Assembly (NCBI GenBank): GCA_051294905.1 | Contig: CM119372.1 | Coordinates: 8,186,001 to 8,250,000, forward strand | DNA from: Botryllus schlosseri | Lineage: Eukaryota | Direction: 5' to 3' | Length of the DNA stretch: 64,000 nt | Shown: piece by piece, positions 39,448-53,000 of the stretch | How positions within the stretch are numbered: the first letter of the stretch is position 1 | Layout of the letters: every line of letters starts with the position of its first letter | Position numbers and translations under genes: made by a program | Notes under the pieces: generated by a model | What the model was told of the DNA's origin: nothing | Databases searched by the model: none | What the model saw: only the letters and a program-made list of their open reading frames with translations

Positions 39448-40065
39448 CACGGCTGTTCAAAAATAGCTTTTTTCCTGAATCTTGCTGGCTACGTGATTAA
39501 ATCGTTAGGTAGCCTTAAAAAACGACGCACCCCAAATTTTAAGTCATTCCAACCAATAATCGCGGATTTCGTACAGTTTGAAAATTTTGAATTTGCACAA
39601 ATATGCAAAAAAAATTTTTTTTCAAATTTTTCTGTCAACCCCATGAAATTGTTGCGCTGTCTTCAAAGACGATGTAAAACAAATTTGACTCAATTCCAAT
39701 TCGTAGAAGCGGAGTTATTTGGGGTTTTCGATGATAATTCTTGGATTATCCACCGATCAAGGATAATCTCCGAATTATCGAAGAAAATCTCAAATAGCTC
39801 CGGTTCTACGGGTTGGAATTGAGTCAAAATTGTTTTGCATCGTCTTTGAGGACAGCACAACAATTTCATGAGGATGACAGAAGAATTTGAAAAGAAAATT
39901 TTTTTGCATCTTTGAGTAAATTCAAAATTTTCAAACTGTACGAAATCCGCGATTATTGGTCGGAATGAAATAAAATTTGGTGTGCGTCGTTTTTTAAGGC
40001 TACCTAACGATTTAATCACGTAGCCAGCAAGATGCAGGAAAAAAAGTTATTTTTGAACAGCCCTA
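39448..40065. mobile_element. Palindromic foldback MITE related to 3879-4541
   Basis: Arms of ~290 bp are reverse complements (the ORF-track peptides 39370-39822 + and 39690-40019 - mirror each other); terminus ttttgaacagcccta. A partial relative lies at ~47295-47520. Confidence 0.9.
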
Positions 40066-40277
40066 CTGCACAGTGCACAAAGTACCCCGACATTACTGGC
40101 ATATGTGCACAGGGGTCGGGAGCATTTTTCGACCGAGGAGTCATATTGGCCCAATATTTTCAATTGTAACTCCAAAGAGCCATACACGTCAATCAATTGT
40201 TACCGTATAACGTATTTGTAGCACTATCAGGGATTCGTATAGTGTGCACCATATTTTTCTGTCCACATGCGTATAGG

Positions 40278-41147
40278 GGTCTGTGGGCATATGTGCATGC
40301 GACATTATAGTATGCGACACTTGAGCATGCGACACATGAGCATGTTGGTTAAATTACGGGTTACGGGTGGGTTAGGGTTGGATTTAGGGTTGGGTTAGGG
40401 CAGGGTTGTAATGACTCGAGTCATGACTCGACTCGAATACGATACGAATCGCGATTTTCTGATGAGTCGAGTTGACTCGAGTAATTTTCTCAAAATACTG
40501 AAATGACTCGACTCGACTCGACTCAAGTCAATCTGTATATTGACTCGACTTGGACTCGAGTCATTGCTCATGACTCGGACCAAGTCATATGGCTCGAGTC
40601 TCATCGGCCAAGACCGACATTTCATTGTAATTTCGAAGATTAGTAAAGAAACCACACTGTTGATATTTCACCTGTTGGCACTGGTACTTGAAAATGCAGT
40701 CAGAAACTGGTAAAAGTATGAAAAATTGGTATATTTTAAATGCGAATCATTTGATATCACCGAAGAGTTATAAGAAGTGGTCGTAACAAGACTTCAACTC
40801 GAAACTGAGCAGTCAACGCAATGACTCGGACTCGAGTCATAATACCATGGCTCGGACTTGGCCCTCTGCTCACTGACTAGGTTTGGGACTTGACTCGGTG
40901 GTGATTTAAAAATGACTCGACTTGACTCGAGTCAAATCTATGAAAGTGACATTGACTTGTGACTCGGACCCTGGGTTACGGTAAGACGTGTGGTTAGGAT
41001 ATATATATGGGTTAATTTCAGGATTATGTTTCGGGTTAGGGTTAGTTTTTTGGGTTACAAAGTCACATGCTGAAGTGACGCATGCTAAATTGTCCCATGT
41101 TCAACTGTCGTTTTCAATTGCGTCGCATGCTCATATGTCAGGCAACT
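40278..41147. mobile_element. Mutator-like MITE with TTAGGG-like interior, interrupted by a gactcga-repeat MITE (40401-40973)
   Basis: 9-bp TSD gcgtatagg; inverted copy of 20836-21137. Inner element cagggttg...ggaccctg with TSD ggttaggg / ggttacgg. Confidence 0.8.
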
Positions 41148-41157
41148 GCGTATAGGT

Positions 41158-42578
41158 TAGGGTTGCCATACGTCCAGAATTTCCCGGACATGTCCGGAAT
41201 TTCACTGTTTTTACTGCGTCCGGGAGGAATTTCCAAAATATGCCCAAATGTCCGGAATTTTGAAGGCTTGAAAAAAGCTCATAATTTTTTCGTAAATGAA
41301 CATAGGCAAGATTGTTTTTGGGCAGATTTATCAAATTTTTCTTCGCGCTGCGCGCGATTTAGTATCACATATCTTCGTTTGGATATCGGGACTACCACCC
41401 TCTCAAAAACTATGATAAAAAATATAAAATAGCAATTATTTACATAAATGAGTCTAATTGTAATCGCAATTACAAGGTCACGGTATATTCATAGAGTCGG
41501 TTGAGGCCGTTTGGATGCATTATTCAAAGATAGTTTGCCTTTATTCTGGGGTTTACGAAGGGTTGAACGTAATCAGCTTCCAAAATCGGCTGTGAGTATA
41601 AATCTGGGCAAATTTGCCGACCATTAATTAGTAATCAGCTGGGCAACGCCAGTTGGAAATGGAGTCGCGAAACCACCGAATGTGCGGTGTTTATGTAGCT
41701 CAGTGGTACAGGCTGATAAATGATCTTATCGGTGTGAGATGATCATGACGTACAATTACGCTACTTGCATTTTCGAAGTCGTCATCCTCCACCAACTCGA
41801 CCGCTAACTCTGATCATGTGGGCGGAGAGAGGATCAAAATTATATAATAATATATGGAAGAACCAATATTATTGACATAATTCCACAATACGCGAGGGAG
41901 ATAGCGTAGTGGTGACGATAAGGGCCCACTAACCGGGCGGCCCCGGTACGATTCCCGCCGGAGGCTTATCTGGTCTCCTCTTTCCCCGCCGTAAAAAGCC
42001 CAGAAAAAGATCCGACGACAGAAAACACTCACACGGAATGGAAAGAACTATAAAGGGCCGCGGCTTCATAAAATGTCAACATCGAAAAGAACTGTGACGT
42101 CGGGCACTATAGGCCTATCTGTTCATTACAACGCATTGTGTCTTATCGCATTGTAGGCTACCTTGTGTGTCTTGTTCAGATAAAAAAAAAAGTATCCCAA
42201 CGATAAATTATTATCATTATCGATATTGATTATCGATTATCGAAGAGGATTAGCTCTCCGCACTCTTCTGTAATTCATTCAAATCATTTACGACCAGATG
42301 CATATAGTAAGCCCCCAGAAGTTGCATCGATTACCGTACGGTGGGCCGATCAGTGTTTATTTGTGCGGGAGGTGAAAAAATGTGGCTTCGGCCGTAGTTA
42401 CAACTTACAACACACAGCCACATACTCCTGAACCGGATCGTAACCACCTCTAGTCGATAGACAAAGCTTTGCTGGTGTGACGTCATATTGATCGAAATGT
42501 GATCATAACTCATTTATAATCCGCTAGTGGGCGCTAAAGAGCGTTCGGAAGTTGGGTCACAAAAATATGGTAACCCTA
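41158..42578. mobile_element. tagggttrcc-family element containing a tRNA-like SINE head at ~41895-41965
   Basis: TIRs tagggttgccata / atggtaacccta; perfect 8-bp TSD gtataggt; internal gagatagcgtagtggt...ggtacgattccc A/B boxes. Confidence 0.85.
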
Positions 42579-44442
42579 GTATAGGTGGACCCAAGCATGG
42601 TCACTACAGCAGTACAAACCCACCGCAGGTTGTGAATTGTGATACGTCAGTAACGTGAGGTTAGGGGACGTAAGCGAGGCAGTGTCTTAGATATCGTCAG
42701 GTATGAGTGAAGGAAAATTGTGAAGCCTTCAATGATTATTACTGTCATTTTCCATCAATGTTCGTGAATGACAAAATTTTGAGCATTTTATTCCCCAAAT
42801 CACGGAATTTTCATGTTTATTGTTCGAAAATACAGAGCGAAAGGAGAGGTAAGGCACAGATGAGGCACAGACGGGCCAAGCCTCACCTCTGATGGCGCAA
42901 ATATAGCTTAGCTTAGAATTTATCATCACTGATATTAATCAAATGTAATTGTCGCGCTGATTCCGAAAATTGATCGATTTCTAAAGTATTCGGCGTAACT
43001 TAACGTTGCGCTACACACCTACATTTTACGGCGATGCTAATAGAAAGCTACTTACCAATCAAGAACATGGATAGCTTTTCCGTTGTTTTTAATTTGAATT
43101 TGTAATTGTCAATGTCACTTCCAAGGCAGTTTTAGTTCTCGGCGTGGATCAGGAAGACAATGTGTATCTGAAAACTGTGTTGTCCTATAAGCGTCGCCAT
43201 GTCTGCTATTCTCTGTGATCTATCAAGGTATCGTGCAATCCAAGATTTCGAGGCGCGCGATGGTGGGTAGATCGAATTCGCGAGTGGTGTTACGTGTTAG
43301 TCGCCGGCGCGGCAGCATCTTAAATTTGGTGATTTTGAAAAGAGAGCGGTACGAGCCCCTAACCCTGGATACCCCACTTTCTTGACATCTCAAAGAATGT
43401 TTATGCAGCCGCGAGAATCGTTGTTCTGGCCGTCATATAAATATACTAATAAGTTGTTGCAATATTGATAAATTATAAGTACAAAATTAAAAATTTCTTA
43501 TGCCCAAAAGAGCAATATATGGCTCGCGGGTCATAGGTTGCCCACCCCTAATACAAGTGTACAGTGTACGTAGACACATGAAATACGTACAGGCGAATTT
43601 GGTGTTACATTGCATTGCACTGATACATTGTTAAAGCACTCTCTGCTAAACGTGAGCGTACCAATCATAACATAGGCCTACCTAGCGGTTGGCACATTTT
43701 AACCACAATATTCCGCAATTGAGATCGGAATATTCACGCGTTGCGTTAATAGTAATAATTGAGGCATAATTAGTTAATTATAATCAAGAATTCAAGTCCC
43801 GTGTCGGGTACAAAGGCGTCATTAAGTTCCTAGTAAATCCCTGTATCCATCAGTATATCTAACTTATTATCTCCAAGGAATGTATGAGAAATTTTTTGTC
43901 AACGTCGTGCGTTTCCCAATCGCGGTTTCAACATCTATTTCACGACGAGGCGTCTTCGTTGGTAAACAAACATTCGAGGCATTAACGATGTAGAACTGGA
44001 TAAATTTGCAGTTGAATGATCACATTTCAATTTGCAACCCAAACAATCGGTTGACCAATAACGGAGTTCCCGCTCACATTCTACTAAGTAACGTCATGTT
44101 TTGACGACGGCTTGTCGATAAAGTAAAACACGAAAATTGAAGGATATATACAATTTGAAAATATCACACCCGCATTTACATGGGTGTACCTACACCTTTA
44201 CACAATTCGAGACATTCTTGTGAAGGCTCTCGATGGGATATCTCAGGACATCGTATCTTATATCAATGATCTCTTACCACAACGGGTAACGACAGACATA
44301 ATCAGCCTACAGGGCTCTCTTACACTATTGATGAATAGTATAGTTTCAATATGGCATGCATCGAATAATATTATTCTCAGCAAGTGGCGCAGACAGTTCT
44401 TGGTCTAGATATTCTTTGATATCACGCTCGTTTGAACTAGGC

Positions 44443-45118
44443 CAGGGTGTCAAACTCAAATTGCGTGGCGGGCCGGATTCAAACCTTCAAATCGCTCGCG
44501 GGCCCACCAGTCAACTGATTCCAAAATCATGCCCTATCTTTTCACTTGAGTACTTTATTATCAAGCATGTACAGATAACAGTATATTGCATTGTACCATG
44601 GATCATAGGGGTGTTATTCTAGCAAGTAGCAACGCCTTTATTCGCGAACAATGGCTATTCTGGTTGGTCTGGAGGCCGGACACCTTTTGAGTAAGAAGTG
44701 ACACAGCAGTGCAACCACGGATATTTGCATTGTATTTTTCTATAACCAGTAACCACTATATTCGACATGTAAACTGCTTATAACGGTTTCGCATGTGCGT
44801 TTTTGCTTTTATGAATAACTGCGTTTTTTGTTTCATTTTTCCGTAAAACTCTAAAGTTAGCGTGGACCCCATGCCTTCTCGAAATTGGGTGATAAAGTCA
44901 ATTTTTTCCCTTTGGTATCTAGAAAGAAACCGCAACGCAACAGACGAGTGGTAATACATTTGCTGTCTTGGGGCATTATTTAATGGAAGGAATTCCAACA
45001 AAAAATCTCAACATTTGTTTTCAAATGTGATGGATAATATAAATATATATCAGTCAACTCAGAATTGGTCCGCGGGCCGGATGAAATGGCTTGGCGGGCC
45101 GTATGTTTGACACCCCTG
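44443..45118. mobile_element. Buster-like MITE
   Basis: TIRs cagggtgtcaaac / gtttgacacccctg; gcgggcc repeats; TSD aactaggc / aactgggc. Confidence 0.8.
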
Positions 45119-45349
45119 AACTGGGCTATACGTAGAGATGACATGCTCAAGTGACAGTGATGGGGGTCGATTGATGATTAGCAAGTTCGGTACGGTATAG
45201 CTAAGCTATATAGTCTTACCCTTTCCACTGTGATGGGTTGCGGGTTTCACTGCGACCATGTGTCACTTAAGAGTCCCTACCCAAGCACTCGAGCTTTATT
45301 CTATATCAATTTATTATTCTCCTCAGGGTGGAATGCGACTGAGTCTCAT

Positions 45350-45841
45350 TATAGATAACTAACCTACGGATAGATACGCAACCCCCGTCGTCACGCTTGC
45401 TTGCCCGGAGGAAATTACTGCTCAGCAATCTGAACGCAACATAATTGCTAATCCCATAGCTGACGACCCGCGAGCTTAAATTCAATAAAGTTGATCTTAT
45501 TTGAAAGCTACTGCCGCAATCGCACAATCGCAGCGATGCAGCACAATGACCGTAACAATGACCCTTGCGTGGTTGCGATTGTTTAGAACAATGCCGATTT
45601 TCAAACTTCGTGGTGTATTTCAAAGGGTTTCCATTGCCCTGATTATATTTTAATGTATATTTTCGGAATCAGTGCGATAGCAGCTTTCAAATAAGATCAA
45701 ATTTATTGAAATTAAGCACGCGGGTCGTCAGCTATGGGATTAGCAATTATGTTGCGTTCAGATTGCTCAGCAGTAATTTCCTCCGGGTAAGCAAGCGTGA
45801 CGACGGGGGTTGCGTATCTATCAGTAGGTTAGGTATCTATA
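45350..45841. mobile_element. Palindromic MITE with ~160-bp arms
   Basis: 45350-45510 is the reverse complement of 45680-45841; flanked by gtctcat on both sides; spacer resembles the 51630-51780 spacer. Confidence 0.85.
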
Positions 45842-47012
45842 GTCTCATATAATAGACATAGCAAACACCATGCAAATGAAACAGACAACCACGATTATTC
45901 AAATACGCCTTCTAGCGGATACGTATTTTCCGGGTCCTTCCATTCTGCAAGACCGGAAGTCAGGACAGCACATCGGAGATGAGTATGGATTTAGATTTGG
46001 ATCTGGAAAAAATGATTCGATGATATTTGCCGGATTTGGATCGGATATGGACTTATCACTATTTGGAATGTCTGATTCGGACTTGGCATGGACTTGGAAT
46101 CCGTCTATTTCTGCAGAACACGTGGTAATTTCATAGGGTTCGCAATCAAACACTCGACGCCGTGCGCGGCGAATGAGAAGATCTCAGGATAAAGGGTAAT
46201 CAAAATCAGCCAACAATTAGAGGGAAATACGACGATGTTGGAAACGAGATCCCATCTAGTGTTAACACAGGCGAGCATTTATTTATTCAGTAGCAGCTGC
46301 TTGACTTATGTTTAGAATTAGCACAGCAAGAGGCTCTCCGCTATTTGGACATGACTTTAAACATGATAATCACACATCGAATCTTCTGTCACCGCAAAAC
46401 CGTTATTAATCCGATTGAACCTAGGAAACATCATGACATGTAACGCAAACCCGTGACTAATAATTATTTAACCCCTCAGCAGTGTACTGGGATGAACTCG
46501 CCTACGGCCGTAGATGCCGTTCATTTTAACTTGCGCGTTTGCAAAGACTGCCTCCGCGTGAACTCCGCCGTCACATTTTAGGCAAACGGACAAAGTTTTT
46601 CCTAGCATTTAATTTGATACTTGCAAAGTTTGCTACTTGCATACTTTAACTGCGTTAACCTACCGTGACGTTCGGTATGCATGTCGCCACAAGATAATGA
46701 ATGAGTATGACAAGATGATTTTAATAATGTTGAACAGCTTAATTTACCCTGTACCATACTTACACTGTCCGCCTTCAGAACGCCCTTGTCACGTGATGAC
46801 TAGCACGTACTAATTTTGCCGACCTGTAAATCTGCGCTGGACACAATATAATGACATCGATCACGATTACAAAATTTGCCCTTGTTGTCCATCTTTGGCC
46901 TAAATATATCCACATCATCCTCATTTACACCGCTATAGTACATAATTGCTACATGCTCATTCATTCACTTGAGACCGCACAAGTCGGTAGCTGGGAAACG
47001 AGTTGACGCAGA

Positions 47013-50000
47013 ATGGGGATATCATGCAATATTTTGTGCTACACGGCAGCTGCGCTGGTACTGTATGTCTCCGTTAGTAACGGTGAGCTTAGACAATGAG
47101 TACCAGAAAATATTACCTCATATAATCATAAGAGCGTGTTCAAAATAACTTAAATGAGGGTTTATCGCGCTAATTTCTATTTGGTAGAGAGACGTGGTGA
47201 GGCTATCCATGATTCACTGGTATAAACTCAAATGAAAGTTGCAACATTCTACATCTACGCGTTATTTCGATTCGATTTCCCCATCATGTACATTAGAGTT
47301 GCTCAAAATTAACTTTTTTCAATTTTTTTCGGCTATTAGCTAGAATTGTTAGTTTGACTAAAAACACGTTGCACACCAAATTTGGCTCTATTTCTACAAG
47401 TATCAGTGAAGCTATTAAAGTTGGAAAATTTTGAATTTATTATAAAAAATTGGAAAATTTTCGAACTCTAATCGCTTAATTCGACCATTTTTGGTCCGCT
47501 TACTTTTGACTGAATTCAGCGAAGAAACATCTTTATCCGAATTAAACGGAGAATGAATTGTTGGTTTCGTGGTCATTGGTCAATGGTGATGCATAAAGGC
47601 ATGCACGCAATCCGGTAGAAATACTTTACTGTTGCGTAATAAATGAATTGCAGCTGCGTTATACTGCAGTAATCGGTACTGATCGCATGAAACGTACTAG
47701 AGTTATACCTTCAGGATAGTTGTATGTACAATATTTTTATATATAGGAATTCAACAGATACTGTATTACTGTGTAATTAACTCATTTAGGATTATAATAT
47801 TCCAGTTATTCTTCGAATGTGGTAGTAGCCATGCAGAAACGGCCTAAACGGTATTCTCACTTGAAAAATCCACACCACGAAACAGTGGGAATAAAAATCA
47901 AAAAGCTATTAGCGGGGCACAATATTATTATTGGAAATGCTATCAACGCTAATTGAATGCTAAATCCACCAAACCAACGGTCCCGTACGCTTACGTTGCG
48001 GCTGCGTCTTGAATTTGGCGTCAAGTGAATTTGAATAACTGCATGATGATGCCACATCCTGTTCTACAAGATGGACGCAATTGTGTCCTTGCATGAGCTC
48101 ATTGTCGATTGTTACTTCATGGATCGCCTTTGTCTCGCACTAATCACTCATCTTGTATTAAAACGAACGAAGTAGGCCTACTACGTATTTCGTCATAACC
48201 AAAGGATAGAAATAGCGAGAATGAGTTCGAATTATCCAAAGTTTTTTACGTGCAATTTTAACTTTTGTTTCGTACCCGAGCATTTTGGTAGAATAAGACG
48301 GTTGTGCGGGTTATCCGGTGTTCGAATTAAAGGAGCACTGCACTCTAAAAATGATGTGTTCTCAAATTTAAGGGCAAAATGAAAAAAAAAATTTGGCCAC
48401 AGCCATTTTCTTTAGAACGCCACCGTAATGGAGCTGCAATTTATTGAAATTTCCATATAGAACCTTCAAGCTCCAGCTGCCACGGCAGCGCGTCATCGTC
48501 TCTTGACCCGTTGATAAAATTTATGGCGCGACATCTTCACCGTCGCACTTGCTCGACGCGATTAGGCAATCACTTAGAGAACAAACTTTAGATAGCTGTC
48601 AGCCGATATTATGAAGGAATTTTGTCTTACACACCAGGGTGGTTTAGTTACGTTAAGTATAGGCGTAATGTACCGGCGCTCAACGTATGATGTTAAGTAG
48701 GGTTACCATACGTGTTCTTTTAAGAGGATTTGTCCTCTTTTTTGACTTTTTTGAAAGTGTCCTCGGAGGACGCCCTTTTGTCCTCTTTTTTGAGATATTG
48801 TCCTCTTTTCTGAGAATTTTGGTCATATTTATAGCCCAATTCGACTGAGATGCCGTAAATCAGCACCGAAGTGACGCTCCGGCGGGTATTTCGGGAGCTG
48901 AGCGGAAAGTTGACCTTTTTATTTTTTTACTCAACCGACCACAAAGTGGGACAAATTTACCATTTTGTCAGAATTCTCCTCCGGTTTTGCAAGTCTGAAA
49001 ATTCTGAAAAAGTGTCCTGAGGATTTGTGTCATGACTTTATAATATTTGCCAGTTGCCTGATACTGAGATGCCATTACAGTTGTATATTTATGCAAAGCT
49101 ATCTATAGAGCTGTAATTTTCAAGCTGTAATTTCAGTCCACAACCTTTAGAGTAGGACATGATCTATTTTTGTCCTAAAGAAATAGAATACACTAGGTCC
49201 GATTTAGACATAAATCTCCTGACTGAACTGAACATCGTCCGTTGAACGCCGTATCTAAACCACCTTCGCGTGTAAGACATATTTCCTTCATAACATCGGC
49301 TGTAAACTGAGTGACTGCCTAATCGCGTCGAGCAAGTGCGATGGTGAAGACATTCTGTCATGTAACGAGTTAAGAAATGACGCGCAGCCGCGACAGCTGG
49401 AGTGTGAAGGTCCTGTGTAAATTTCAATAAATTGCAGCTCCATTACGGTGGCGTTCTGAAGAAAATGGCTGGGGTCAATTTTTTTTCGTTTTGCCCTTCA
49501 ATTTGAGACCACATCATTTTTAGAGTGTAGTGCCCCTTTAAGCGGAGTTGAATGTATATAATTTCGGATAACTTCAGTAACCCTCAACATGCAGCTTGCC
49601 ACATCGCGGCGCACACGAAGCCAACCGCCCCGCTGGATTTTAGTGGCAGGAAGAAAAGAAGTGCGGATTGCGCTAACTGTGCGGAGGATGTCGACGAAGA
49701 GTTATCCGCATTCTTTACCGAGTGCATGGAGAGGAAACGTCCGCAACAATTCAAATCGTGGCGGGGGGTGGTGAACTTCGTCTTGCGAGACAGTCTGTGG
49801 TACACCGCGACTGACAGATCATACTGCAGGTAAGACAATTTGCGATGGTGGCAAATGTATTTCGACGTAGTGCCTGTCAGAGTTGAATCAATTACATTAA
49901 ATCAGTTTAATTACGATTACAATTACTCCCTTGCATGTTTTAATTACATTACAATAACAATTACTCCATGCCAAAAATATCAAATTACAATTACAATTAC

Positions 50001-53000
50001 AATTACAAGAAAATGTAACCAATTGCATTCAGCTCAATTACAAATTACTAACGTATTGCTTCTTTTTCAACGTCATCTTCAATCCAGCTGTTTTTAAATA
50101 GTGGATCAAGAAGAAATGCAAGTCAGTTGTCAGGAGAATTGGTATATGGCAACTATCTTTTAAAAACAGCGTCTTTAAGATTAGCTGTCAGTTTCTGGCA
50201 GGAGATTAGAGTTTTTTAGTTGTTCAATTGCTTTCAGTAAGCCAAGCACTACCGAACAAATACAAGAGGATATTACACGGTATTTTCTCCTTCAACTTGG
50301 GGCATTGTTTCCTTGAAAGGCAGTAGCACACTCACGAGCTCACTCAATGCCAAATAATCTTGATTTGTTATTTTTTCCCGTGACTGGATCAAGGTGAGAG
50401 CCGCGTTGACTTCTTCGTGATCCTTTAAAACACTTTTGTAACATAACAAGCTGCGAATTACATCTTGTCACATTATGTGCTCTTAAAGTTATTTTCTTAT
50501 GTTGCAAATAAAAGGTAGCATTCACCGATTTTCGTACTGAATTTACAATTTTGGCCATCTTTCCCAGCTGCTTCCCAACGTAAGACCTAGAAAACTCTTC
50601 TTCCATTTGCTGAATAACCCTTGGTATAATAAAAGTTGTAAATGTTAAGAGGTTTGGTATTACATATCTTGGTTAAGCAGTCAACAACAGAATTCTGAAT
50701 GTTTGACTAGCTACAATACTTAATGGTAACTGATCACAAGCTTTTGATTTGAGTAGAGCTTTTGGTTTGCTTTTTGAGTGGCATGATATGAAGCAAATAT
50801 GCTGGGAAGAAGTTTGAAAAAATGACTCGACAGGTGGTTGACTCTGGTCTATCTTTGTCTTCTTCGTGTATTCCTGGTGTTTTCTTTTGGGGCTTATATA
50901 TTCAAGATGAAGATCATAAGAATATCTCTTCAAATGCGTGATCAAGTTTGATGAAGCTTTGGTTGAAAAATTGAATTATTTTGGCAATTGTTGCAGCAAG
51001 CCTCAATACTGGTCAAAGACTTGAAAAAACTCTGACGGTGGTGTAGTAAATGGTTTAGCACAGGTTTCAGAAGAGTTCATTATTTGCTGTTCATCCATTT
51101 TTGAAATATTAAGATTTGGACCAGGGGTCGGGAACCTTTTTCAAAGAAAAGAGCCATATTGACTCTAAATTTTTAATTGTAGTTCCCAAAGAACCACACA
51201 TCGATGTCAACTATGACGTCAAAATCGAATATGCGTGACGTTACAGAGGCCCTAAATTAAAAGTAACTAGTTGGGATTCGTCGTGTTCGCCATATCTTCT
51301 ACGTAAATAGGCTACTGATTTGTTATTACAACGCCTCCACTACAGAATGTAAACATGGAACGGCAACGACCGATTTTGCAGCTTCGTTTCGCTTCGCTGA
51401 GGCTGTTTTTCACAATAGTTTTGCGTAAGCGACTGTAGGATTTCTGGCAATCCAAAAGTTATCTTCCAGAGCGCAGAATTTACTGAATTTGTTTTTGATC
51501 GAAAGCTACGGTTGCACTGATTCCAAAAATATAAATTAGAGTATGGTCAGGCTCCAGACTTAGAAGAAAAATCACCCTGAGCATCTGAAATGTGCATTGT
51601 TCAGAACAATCAGATAATCGTAAAACAATGACCATAACAATGACCCGTTGCGGCTCTCCAATTGTTCGGACAATGCCGATATTTCAGACTTGGGGGCGGA
51701 TTCTAAGTGGATCAGTGCCTGATCATATTTAAATTTATATTTTCGAAATCGGAGCGACAGTAGCTTTCAATCAAGATCAGATTCAGTAAATTTTGCGCTC
51801 TGGAAGATAACTTTTGGATTGCCAGAAATCCTACGGTCGCTTACGCAAAACAGTTCTCAATCTCAAATACAGCCTCAGCGAAGCGGAACGAAGCTGCAAA
51901 GTCGGTCGTTGCCATTCCATGTTTACATTCTATACCTCCACTAATCATGACGGTTGCGTAACATTTGAGCATTCGACACAGTGCAAAATGACAGTTGAAT
52001 ATGTGACACCATGTGTATTTTGAAGCAAAACCAACATTCGTGGACAACAGTAAACGTGCGATTCAATTGCATATTCTTCGGTAACACGGCTTTACAATAA
52101 ATCCGAGCAGCACGCGCGAGGGTAGCCAACTAGCCATGCCTCAATTGCTCTTTCTGACAGTGCGATGCTCAATCAGTTGCTCCAAGCCGTTAACCGATAT
52201 GATTTAGTAAACTTGAATATTATGCACTCAATCCTCAAATGGTTCGGAGTTAACACAAGGATGCGCTACTAGCATGCGTTTTAACGGGCGTTGCGAGCAA
52301 GCTACCTAACAATCGGGATTTCGGATGACTATATCTGTAAGTTGAATTTGTAATTGAGAATGTCACTTCCGAGGAAGTCCATTTCTCGGCGATGATTAGA
52401 AAGAGAAAGTGGGTTTGAAAACTGCATTGCCATAAAGGCGTCGCCAAGTGAGTAGGGGTTCAACCCGCTCAGAGGCCGAACGCCAGACGCCAAACGCCGA
52501 GCGGCGGCCAAATGTCTATACGGCGTTCAGCGTCTGGTTTTCTGAGACGCCAAGCAGCTATACGGCGTTTGGCGTCTGATATGGTGAGACGCCGAGTAGC
52601 TAGCTATACGGCGTTTGGCGTCTGGTATGTTGAGACGCCGAGTAGCTATACGGCGTTTGGCGTCTGATATAAACTGAGCAGAGGCTAAATCATTTCATGG
52701 CGCGACTATTAAGTTCTCGCAACTATATGATACCTAAGATTGCATATATTGTTACATTTTTGTCATAATAAGCGGTGGCAGAATCCCAAATGATTGAATG
52801 TTCAGCTGTTTCAAATTATTGTGTCACCGCCCAGAGTTGCAATGTATCGAGTCATGACTCGACTCACAATTTTTTTGCTGACTTGAGTCATTTTCTTAAA
52901 AATAGATTTACTCATTCTATGATTTATTCAAGAATGGTATATCAGGACTTATAAATGAAAAATAGGCCCTAAATCTGCCTTTTATCGGTTACAATGAACA

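Noticed and set aside
39370..40019. Mirror-image ORFs of 150 and 109 aa
   Set aside because: Artefact of the palindromic MITE.
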